Source of the DNA: an uncultured Campylobacteraceae bacterium
Lineage (GTDB): Bacteria > Campylobacterota > Campylobacteria > Campylobacterales > JALSKU01
Length of the DNA: 64,000 nt
Assembly: GCA_964556545.1 (NCBI GenBank)
Contig: CAZKWE010000059.1
Coordinates: forward strand, 24,481 to 88,480
Direction: 5' to 3'
Positions 47,593 to 55,903 of the stretch are shown here, one piece after another. A program made the position numbers and the translations under genes. The first letter of the stretch is position 1; each line of letters begins with the position of its first letter. The notes beneath the pieces were generated by a model, which did no database searches, was not told the origin of the DNA, and saw only the letters and a list, made by a program, of their open reading frames with translations.

Positions 47593-49302
47593 TTTTCAAC
47601 CTTTTTTTTCTTTTTATTTTTCTAATTTTTTCTACATATTTGCTGTTGTCTATCTCGTAAACACTAATGGTTTCTGTCTTATAGTATACCCATTATGTTT
47701 TCTTTTGTCAAATAACTATTAGCGTAAACAGTAATGGTTTCTGTCTTATAGTATACCCTAATATTGCTGTGATTTGCACTATATAAGGCTATCCAACTTT
47801 TTAAATCGTTTTGTATATTACCCCTCTATCTATAATACCACTCATCTTTGCCTTTATATGGATTTGGAAAATTTTCCACAAAAATATATATTTTAGATGC
47901 ATCTGTCTTTAACTCTTTGTCTTGAGGATTGTATTTTAAGAGAAAGCTTTGAGTGTTTATATGATATCCTTTGTTTCTTACTTTCGCATACTCTTGTACA
48001 TAAGATATAACAGTCCAAGTAAAGGGTCTATTATCTTTATTTATTTTTAAAATAATATTGGGAATTGCGGTATATTCAATAGAGTTTAAATTTTTCCAAA
48101 AATATTTCGTATCCATCCATCTTAGAATCAATAAAACCATAAAAATAAAAATGGTATATGTTATAAATAAAATAGCTAATCTTGCATATTTTTTAAACAA
48201 AAGAAAAATAGGTTTATATATAAAGTAAAAAAAATAAAAAGCAAAAAGAAGGGTAATGCCAAAAAATAGATATTCTGCAAGTCTGCTTTGATTGGCGAGC
48301 AATGACATACCGGCATTTGGTCCAAAATATGAGATAAAAATCCCTACGATTATAAGCATGTATGAGGTATTGATAAATCTTCTTTTTGTAAAAAGTGAGA
48401 AGATAAAAGCTATTATAATCATAGAAAAAAGAATTAGGTGAATTTTATTGATTGTTGCTATCGTAATGGCTTGAAATCCCAATTTTACAATATGTTGCAT
48501 ATTTACTTTCGTATTAAATAATTTATCTAAAAGCCGGAATAATCTTTTATGACATAATATATTGAAAGATATAGTGCTATCAATAGCAAAATAGGATAAA
48601 GACTAAATGAAATTATAGGATCAATATTGGTAAAAGTTGTTACAAAAAAATCCATAATCGCCTGACCGTAAAAGTCGGCACTAATCCTTAAATCCGCATA
48701 TAAAATATTATTTTGAAGATTGTTTACCCATTCTATAAATTGTGATGTATCCGGGATCGGATTGCCATAGCTTGAGAGTCCTCTTGCCATTAGAACGGAT
48801 ATGATATAAAAAAATATGGAAAAAAAAGTATATTTTGTAAAGCATTGTAAAAGGTGATGGATTTTATATAATTTATCAATCTATTTTCAAGATATTCAAT
48901 TTTAGATTTCTTAACCTCTTTTGTTCTATCCATCAGTATAAAAAGTTTATTCATAATGGAGTTTTTTAAATCGTCAAAAATCGGTAAAATATCTTTGTGA
49001 TAATAAAATTTTAAAAATAGTAATTTTGTAAAAATTAATGAAAAAATAAATAGCAATATGCTAAAAGCTTTTATAAATATCAAAAAAGTGACTACAATTT
49101 CGATATATGAAACCATATAGATAAAGTTGATAACTATCTTTTCAATTCCTTTACCTGTATATTTTTGAGGAAATATCTTGATAGGAACCCAGTAAAAAAA
49201 TAGATAAGCCACTATAAGTAATTTAAATAAATACCATAAATTTTTTAAAAATATTTGATAAATTATATCAATATCGATAAAGTATATATTTTGTGACATC
49301 AT
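47593..49302 (-). pseudogene. Decayed tandem paralog of the 727-aa membrane protein gene
   Basis: Track ORFs 48790-49302, 48527-48790 and 47826-48500 align by eye with residues about 1-170, 175-265 and 455-685 of the 49330-51513 product. Lesions are a frameshift at the A7 run 48808-48814, loss of about 190 central codons, and TAG (47826-47828) where the intact copy has Trp (YYRW). The C-terminal remnant also carries a duplicated segment. Confidence 0.8.
47656..47758. repeat. Two 36-nt direct repeats (35/36 identical) spaced 67 nt, inside the pseudogene 3' remnant
   Basis: CGTAAACACTAATGGTTTCTGTCTTATAGTATACCC (47656-47691) and CGTAAACAGTAATGGTTTCTGTCTTATAGTATACCC (47723-47758). Both encode the ...VYYKTETI(T/S)VY... 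segment on the minus strand. Confidence 0.85.
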
Positions 49303-49329
49303 GTTGCTATAATGGAACCATAAACAATA

Positions 49330-51513
49330 TTATTTTTTTTCATTTTTCATTTTTTCTTTTAAATAGTTCAAATAATCATTGTTGTTGATTTCGTAAACGG
49401 TAACTGTTTTTGTTTTATAATATATTGATATATTTTTATGTGTTTGATTGTATATGGCAATCCAACTTTTTAGACTATTTTGTATATCTCCTCTCCATCT
49501 ATAATACCATTCATTCATTCCTTTGTAGGGATTTGGAAAATTCTCTATAAAAATAAAAACTTTAGAAGTGGGAACTCTAAGATATTTATCTTTCGGGTTA
49601 TATTTAAGAAGAAAGTTTTGTGTATTGATATGGTAACCTATATTTTTGACTTTTGCATACTCTTGTATATATGAAATAACTGTCCAAGTAAAAGGTCTAT
49701 TTTGTTGATTTATCTTCAAAATAATATCCGGGATGGAGGTATATTCGATCTCGTTTAAATTTTTCCAAAACAAATTTGAATTTAGCCATTTGGGCATAGT
49801 TAAAGATAATATTGTAAAAAGTATAAAGCTTATTATCAACATTATAATCTTAGTATATTTTTTTAGTAACATTGATATAGGTTTGTAAAAAAAATAACTG
49901 TAATAAAAAGAAAACAGAAGTGTAATGCCAAACAATAGATATTCTGCAAGCCTGCTTTGTTTTGTTAAAAGAGGAAAACCTAAATTTGTTCCAAAATATG
50001 TAATAAATATAGCAATGACAATCATAATATATGAACTATTTAAAAATCTTTTCTTGGTAAAAAAAGAGAAAATAAAAGCAAATGCCAATAGTGCAAATAA
50101 CATAATATGAAAATTATTTATCTGAGATATTGAGATAAATTCTATATTCGGTGTTGTAATGGTATCGGTATTGTTTCTTGTTTTAAGAAGTTTATCTATA
50201 ATAGGTGCAGCCGCACCTATTCGTTGTGGAACTCCATATCTAATCATAGATAACAACCACATATTTCCTACAATGGAAGCTAAGAAAATTCCTAACAATC
50301 CTTTTTTAAGTAAATGTAAATTTAATTTACCAAAGATAATAGCATTTATGGTTACTAAAATACTCATAATAACCAATATAATCGCTCCACCTCCATGAAA
50401 AGTAAAAACAAGCATAAGTGTCAATGAATAAAGAAGCAAATATCTGTCTAAATGTGTTTGAAATATTTTGATAAGAAAATAGATATTTAAAAATACGAAA
50501 ATCGAAGCATGCTCATATGCCATACCGCTTATATATCTCATATATGGGATATATCCATTTAAAAAACCACTATGTTGCAAACTATATGTTGTAGGGATAT
50601 AAAAGTTTAATCCGTACCAATGCACAAGCATAGGGTTGGATGTTGTAACAATTTTTCCAAGTATGTCATTTGCCAGAGGAGTCATAAGCACCAATCCATG
50701 TATTATTACGGCAAATAGTGCAACATATTTTGAATCGCTAAAATCTTTTATGATATAGTAAATAGTGAAATATAATGCTATAAGAAGTAATACCGGATAT
50801 AGACTAAAAAGAATGATTTGATTGATATTTGTAAAAAGATTGATAAAAAATATCATTATAGACATACCGTAAAAATCAGCACCAAATGTTTTATTTATCG
50901 GGTAAAGCATATTTTTTTGTAAAAAATCCACCCATTCTATAAATTGAGAGGTATCGGAAACAGGATCGCTATAGCTATATATTCCTCTTGCGATAAGAAT
51001 GGAAATAATATAAAAAAATACTACAAAAAAGAGTATTTTTTGTGATAGTGTATATAATGTTAAAGATCTTTGTAACTCTAAACTTTTTCTTTTTATAAAA
51101 CTCCAAAATTTATTTTTGAGTTCTTTTGGATTGTCAAGTATATCTAAAGAGTAAAGCATTATGCTGATTCTTATGCGATTTAACAATAAAATCGTATCTT
51201 TTTTATAGTACCATTGTAAAAAAGCAAGTTTTGTAAGAATAATTATAAATATAAATAAAAGTATAGAAAAAATTTTAATAAAAATTAAAAAAGGTACAAT
51301 TATTTCAACATAGGCAACCATATATATAAAATTATAAATGATTTTTTGCATTCCCTCTCCGGTATATTCTTGAGGAAAAATTTTAGTCGGTAGCCAATAA
51401 AATAAAGTATATGCTACGATTAATATTTTAGATGTATACCAGATATTTTTAGCAAATATTTGATATATGATATTTAAATCTATAAAATAAAAATCGTAAG
51501 CATGTGAAAACAT
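49330..51513 (-). CDS. Large polytopic membrane protein of unknown family with C-terminal soluble domain (candidate GT-C-like/YfhO-like transferase)
   Basis: 727 aa with more than 12 hydrophobic segments and a C-terminal non-membrane region of about 120 aa (...NRPFTWTVISYIQEYAKV...ENFPNPYKGMNEWYYRWRGD...). I recognise no diagnostic motif. The coding call is strong, the function is speculative. Confidence 0.5.
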   Translation of the reverse strand: MFSHAYDFYFIDLNIIYQIFAKNIWYTSKILIVAYTLFYWLPTKIFPQEYTGEGMQKIIYNFIYMVAYVEIIVPFLIFIKIFSILLFIFIIILTKLAFLQWYYKKDTILLLNRIRISIMLYSLDILDNPKELKNKFWSFIKRKSLELQRSLTLYTLSQKILFFVVFFYIISILIARGIYSYSDPVSDTSQFIEWVDFLQKNMLYPINKTFGADFYGMSIMIFFINLFTNINQIILFSLYPVLLLIALYFTIYYIIKDFSDSKYVALFAVIIHGLVLMTPLANDILGKIVTTSNPMLVHWYGLNFYIPTTYSLQHSGFLNGYIPYMRYISGMAYEHASIFVFLNIYFLIKIFQTHLDRYLLLYSLTLMLVFTFHGGGAIILVIMSILVTINAIIFGKLNLHLLKKGLLGIFLASIVGNMWLLSMIRYGVPQRIGAAAPIIDKLLKTRNNTDTITTPNIEFISISQINNFHIMLFALLAFAFIFSFFTKKRFLNSSYIMIVIAIFITYFGTNLGFPLLTKQSRLAEYLLFGITLLFSFYYSYFFYKPISMLLKKYTKIIMLIISFILFTILSLTMPKWLNSNLFWKNLNEIEYTSIPDIILKINQQNRPFTWTVISYIQEYAKVKNIGYHINTQNFLLKYNPKDKYLRVPTSKVFIFIENFPNPYKGMNEWYYRWRGDIQNSLKSWIAIYNQTHKNISIYYKTKTVTVYEINNNDYLNYLKEKMKNEKK

Positions 51514-51518
51514 AAAAA

Positions 51519-52826
51519 TTATTTCCTAATAATTACAAAATCAACTCGTCTATTTAATGCTCTTCCTTTGTCTGTTTTATTGGTTGCTATCGGTTTATCT
51601 TCTCCATAGCCTATAGTCATAATTCTTAATGGATAGATACCCATTTTTACCAATTCTTTTTTAACGGAATCGGCTCTGTTTTTTGATAGTTTTTGGTTAT
51701 ATTTTCTCGAAGCAATACTATCGGTATTGCCTTCAATTCGTATTTTATAGCTTGGATGCTCTTTTAAATATTTTGCGATCGGTTTTAAAAGTTTTATACT
51801 CTCAGGTGTCAGTTGATAAGAGTTATATGCAAAGTGAAGATTGTGAAGACTGAGTGTCAAGCCATTATCAAATCTATCTTTTACGGTTTGGTATTTGTTG
51901 TTTGTATCAAGATACATTCTATTTAGTAGAAAAAATATCAATTTCCATCTTAAAAGTTCACCATCATACATAGTGTCTTGAAATTCAAACGGTCTTAAAA
52001 ATACAACTCCACCCTTTCCGTATCTTACAAAAGATACCAGCGGTTTTCCGCTTTTTGATTTTAAAAGATATGTTCCATCTGGTATAAAATCCACACTCAT
52101 AAAATTTTTAGTGATAATTTGTAAATTTTTTATATCTTTAAAATATTCGATATCACTTTTTGTTTTATATTTTAATTTCAAAGGTTTATAATTTATAAAA
52201 TCAAGTTTTTTACTTTTGTATATATAGGTTTTTACCTTTCTATCAAAAAATTTCAAATTTCTACTTTTTCTTATCATTTTAGAATTTATAGCTTTTTCGT
52301 CGATTTCCCCACTCTTTTTAAAAGTATCGTATCTTGTTGAATATATACCGCCCTCTATCCATAAAATACCCCCTTCTCCTATCCACCATTTCAGAATCTC
52401 TTGCTCTTTTGTCGAAAGATTATATGTATATCCGATATCTTCAAACAAATCATCGGATACTCTTTTAAACTCATTTACCCAAGTAGGTAAAACATATATA
52501 AAATCTTCAGCAAACGGATTTGTTCTAAGTTTCCAAAAATCCACATCTTTTATATTGTCATATTTATATCTATAATCTATCTTGTTATAAAATTGATTTG
52601 AAAATTTTCCCCTAAAGTCAATAATTGGTCTATATGAGATAAACGGAAACCCTTTCAATAATTTTCTACCATTGTTGATATCCGGCCAAATATTATCAAC
52701 TGATACATCGTATATCTCCACTTGCTCCGGGGTCAATACCTTTTTTTCAAATACTCTATCGCTTTTTGTAGCACATCCGCTCAAAAGAAGAAGAGCTAAA
52801 GAAAAACCAAATATATATTTTTTCAT
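51519..52826 (-). CDS. Lipoprotein with C-terminal OmpA-like peptidoglycan-binding domain
   Basis: 435 aa. Lipobox LLSGC. C-terminal OmpA_C motifs (IRIEGNTDSIASRKYNQKLSKNRADSV...NRRVDFVI). The N-terminal domain of about 300 aa is unassigned. Confidence 0.75.
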   Translation of the reverse strand: MKKYIFGFSLALLLLSGCATKSDRVFEKKVLTPEQVEIYDVSVDNIWPDINNGRKLLKGFPFISYRPIIDFRGKFSNQFYNKIDYRYKYDNIKDVDFWKLRTNPFAEDFIYVLPTWVNEFKRVSDDLFEDIGYTYNLSTKEQEILKWWIGEGGILWIEGGIYSTRYDTFKKSGEIDEKAINSKMIRKSRNLKFFDRKVKTYIYKSKKLDFINYKPLKLKYKTKSDIEYFKDIKNLQIITKNFMSVDFIPDGTYLLKSKSGKPLVSFVRYGKGGVVFLRPFEFQDTMYDGELLRWKLIFFLLNRMYLDTNNKYQTVKDRFDNGLTLSLHNLHFAYNSYQLTPESIKLLKPIAKYLKEHPSYKIRIEGNTDSIASRKYNQKLSKNRADSVKKELVKMGIYPLRIMTIGYGEDKPIATNKTDKGRALNRRVDFVIIRK

Positions 52827-52838
52827 TGAAAATCCTTT

Positions 52839-54419
52839 CTAAAATGATGAATAGTAATAAAAATCTAATTTTTTAAGCATATTTACAGTATATCTGAAAC
52901 TAAGTACCCAAAATAGTATGCTTCCGACAAAAAGGCCGAAAACTGCATACTCAAGTCCAAACATTCTGCTTAAAATCATACCTATTGTTATATTTACAAA
53001 TGTAGCAATAAGTATAGCTTTAACCGAAAAGTTTTGTCTGGAAAAAGAAAATATAAATAAAACATTCATTAGTCCATTTATCATAAAAGCATAAGAGATT
53101 GCTCCAACCCAATAAACAAATGGAGTATAACTTGTAAAAAAGTTTTGTATATAAGTAAAATTAAAAAATTTATACATAAAAAATACTGTAAAATAAACTA
53201 CGAATATAATAACAACAGAGAGTATGAGATATATTAAATTAAATTTTTTAAAAAAAGCATATATTGAATTATTAAATTTTTGATAATCTCTATATTTGTA
53301 CTGTAATATGGTATCATTTATCCTGTACATAAATTCATGTATGCTAATTTCCGTTAAACCCATAAGTAAAACTAATGTCACAAGAGCCCAATCCAAACCG
53401 AGTTCATAAGGAACATCAAACCAAATAAAATATGGTTTTGCCACTACATTGCTACTCCAAGCTACGATTCTATCGGTTAATAAAAAAATAAAATATAAAA
53501 AGCCATACATATAAAAAGGTATCAAAGAGTAAAAAAGTATAGAAGCTCTTGGTGTTCCTTCACCTTCGGAAGATATATTTTTCTTTTTTAAATTTCTAAT
53601 TTTTATATATGCGAAAATTGAAATGATTATATTCAAAATAACCAAAGCTGCAAATTGTGCTTCCGGTAGTTTTATCTTTAAAATACTGTGTGTTATATAG
53701 ACAAAGACAATACCTATGAGAAAAAAATATAATATTTTAGTGTACTCCTCAAACATATAGTATATAGAAATGTTTAAAAATAAAAAAGATAACAAAAAAT
53801 AAAACATTATTATAATAAAGAAGTAATATGGTGGTAAAATTTCAAAGAAAAAATTTAAAACTATGAGGATAAATCCTATGGATAAAACAAAGACTATTCC
53901 GGTATTAAATAAAACTTTTGTAACATTCGATGCCAGTATCATTTCTTCTTGCTTAAGGTAAAAAAGACCTTTTCTGCCTATAGCTTGAGCAGATGCTCCT
54001 GTAACTATCAAGGCAAGAAAAGTGCCAAGAGCAATAACGGTAGCTTTTGTCTTATCCATATTTATTCCCGACCAAATTGCATAACCTATGGAAAGGGTGA
54101 AAAATATTTGGACAAACATAGGCATTGCAAAAGCCAAACCCCTTATATAATTTTTAAAGATTCTTATTGCAAAAGAGGGCAATTCTTCCCATTTGACAAG
54201 GGATTTGGAGGGGTAAGTTTTAAAATCCACATATTTTTGCATATATTTTGCCATTTCAAAAACATTATCAAAATTATAATCTTTTTTTGCATCTATATCT
54301 CTGATGCCGTATATTTCAAGTAGTGCCGCAATCTCCCAATGATCAAGCGGCTTTCCTTTGTCTTTTGTTATTTTGTCATAAAGAATGCTTAAATCTTGAC
54401 CATCTCTGCTTGTTGCCAT
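52839..54419 (-). CDS. Polytopic membrane protein, PelG-like candidate (polysaccharide exporter position)
   Basis: 526 aa, about 12 TM segments after a 90-aa cytoplasmic N-terminus. It lies immediately downstream of and overlapping the PelF-like gene, as pelG does in pel operons. The ...TDRIVAWSS...YELGLDWALVTLVLLMGLTEISIHEFMYR... region loosely resembles PelG. Similarity not verified. Confidence 0.4.
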   Translation of the reverse strand: MATSRDGQDLSILYDKITKDKGKPLDHWEIAALLEIYGIRDIDAKKDYNFDNVFEMAKYMQKYVDFKTYPSKSLVKWEELPSFAIRIFKNYIRGLAFAMPMFVQIFFTLSIGYAIWSGINMDKTKATVIALGTFLALIVTGASAQAIGRKGLFYLKQEEMILASNVTKVLFNTGIVFVLSIGFILIVLNFFFEILPPYYFFIIIMFYFLLSFLFLNISIYYMFEEYTKILYFFLIGIVFVYITHSILKIKLPEAQFAALVILNIIISIFAYIKIRNLKKKNISSEGEGTPRASILFYSLIPFYMYGFLYFIFLLTDRIVAWSSNVVAKPYFIWFDVPYELGLDWALVTLVLLMGLTEISIHEFMYRINDTILQYKYRDYQKFNNSIYAFFKKFNLIYLILSVVIIFVVYFTVFFMYKFFNFTYIQNFFTSYTPFVYWVGAISYAFMINGLMNVLFIFSFSRQNFSVKAILIATFVNITIGMILSRMFGLEYAVFGLFVGSILFWVLSFRYTVNMLKKLDFYYYSSF

Positions 54420-55903
54420 TCTTTTTCCTCTGCTTGTAAATATTCGGTATATAGATTTTTATATACATTATGATAATTATCTACCATATCTTCAATAGTA
54501 AAACCATTCAATACGAATTCTCTTGCTTCCGCACCCATCTCTTTTGCAATTTTTGGATTTTTTAAAACATATATAACTTTATCGGCAAATGCTTGATAAT
54601 CTTTAGGTTTTATTACATATCCGAAATTTTCCAATACTTCTTTGGTGCCTCCAACATCTGAAGAAACAACAACTTTTTCACAGGCCATAGCCTCTATAAC
54701 AACAAAAGGAAATGCTTCGGATATACTGGTAAGCATAACAACATCTCCACTATTGTATGCAGTTTCCGGACTATTTGTAAGACCGGCAAATTCAAAATTG
54801 TTTTGCAAATTCAATTTATCGACCAACTCAGCACAAGTGTTATAATACTTTCTGTCTATAATCGGACCGTAAAGCCTAAACAAAACATTAGGTATCTCTT
54901 TTGCAACAAGTTGGGCAGTTTTTATAAAAGTTTCTATATCTTTTAACGGATCAATTCTTGCAACCATAACTACCGTCGGTCTATCAGATTTTTCAACATC
55001 AATTTTTTTGAATTTACTGGTGTCTATTCCATTGTATATCGTATGTATTTTAGATTTTTTTACACCCCATTTTTTTTCCCATCTTGAATTGTAGTTGCAA
55101 ACAGGTGATACGATATCGGCAAAATGAAAATTTAGTTTTGATACGAGTGTAATAAGTCCCATCATAAATTCTTTTGTTCTATAAGGCATAAGATTTCTTG
55201 AAGCCGCGAGATATTGTTCTCTTATATATACACCATGTTCAGTCAATAAAAATTTACTTTTATATTTTTTCTTAGCAATGATACAAGATAATCCACAAAA
55301 AGCCGCAGCAGATGAATGATATATGTGAGCTTTTGGCAGATCCGGCAAAAGGGCTATAAAAAATCTATACAGATATCTTAATCCCTCCACCATATCAAAT
55401 ACCGTAGGTATATCTTCTTCTATGTCTTTGTAATGTTCAAGTATATATTCTCTATATATATTCCATAGTTCTTCATCTCTAAATGTTTCATAATAGTCAT
55501 ATTTATGAAAATATTCGTAAAAATCATATATTGCATCGCCAAGAAGATCAAGATCTTCTTTTTTTCTAAAGATGTGATCAAGAATCAAAATCATTATCGG
55601 TTTTATTTTTTCGATTGATTTTGTGGTTTGTGTTCTTATTTTGGCTTCGTAAATTCTTGCAAAATCCACCTGTCTTATATACTCAATAGGCTCTTCCGTT
55701 CCCCAAAGGGGTACATTTATAATATTGGTTACATTAGGTGGTATTTCAAATTTGAGTTTTACATACGGATGCATTTGAATCGGAATAAGTGTAAAGTCTA
55801 TATTTTTTAGTTCATGTACTAAAATATCCGCCCAAGTGCTAACTCCTCCGGTAACATACGGATATGTTCCCTCTCCGGTCCATGCTACTTTAATTCTGCT
55901 CAT
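54389..55903 (-). CDS. PelF-like glycosyltransferase (DUF3492 N-terminal domain + GT4)
   Basis: 504 aa. The N-terminus VAWTGEGTYPYVTGGVSTWADIL matches the PelF/DUF3492 hallmark (EGTWPYVRGGVSSW in P. aeruginosa PelF, from memory). C-terminal GT4 EX7E motif EAFPFVVIE. Confidence 0.8.
   Translation of the reverse strand: MSRIKVAWTGEGTYPYVTGGVSTWADILVHELKNIDFTLIPIQMHPYVKLKFEIPPNVTNIINVPLWGTEEPIEYIRQVDFARIYEAKIRTQTTKSIEKIKPIMILILDHIFRKKEDLDLLGDAIYDFYEYFHKYDYYETFRDEELWNIYREYILEHYKDIEEDIPTVFDMVEGLRYLYRFFIALLPDLPKAHIYHSSAAAFCGLSCIIAKKKYKSKFLLTEHGVYIREQYLAASRNLMPYRTKEFMMGLITLVSKLNFHFADIVSPVCNYNSRWEKKWGVKKSKIHTIYNGIDTSKFKKIDVEKSDRPTVVMVARIDPLKDIETFIKTAQLVAKEIPNVLFRLYGPIIDRKYYNTCAELVDKLNLQNNFEFAGLTNSPETAYNSGDVVMLTSISEAFPFVVIEAMACEKVVVSSDVGGTKEVLENFGYVIKPKDYQAFADKVIYVLKNPKIAKEMGAEAREFVLNGFTIEDMVDNYHNVYKNLYTEYLQAEEKEWQQAEMVKI

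Noticed and set aside
47656-47758. The 36-nt direct repeats were considered as a CRISPR mini-array.
   Set aside because: There are only two copies, and the repeats and the 'spacer' are all coding remnant of the decayed membrane-protein gene. There are no cas genes, so this is better explained as a 67-bp tandem duplication.
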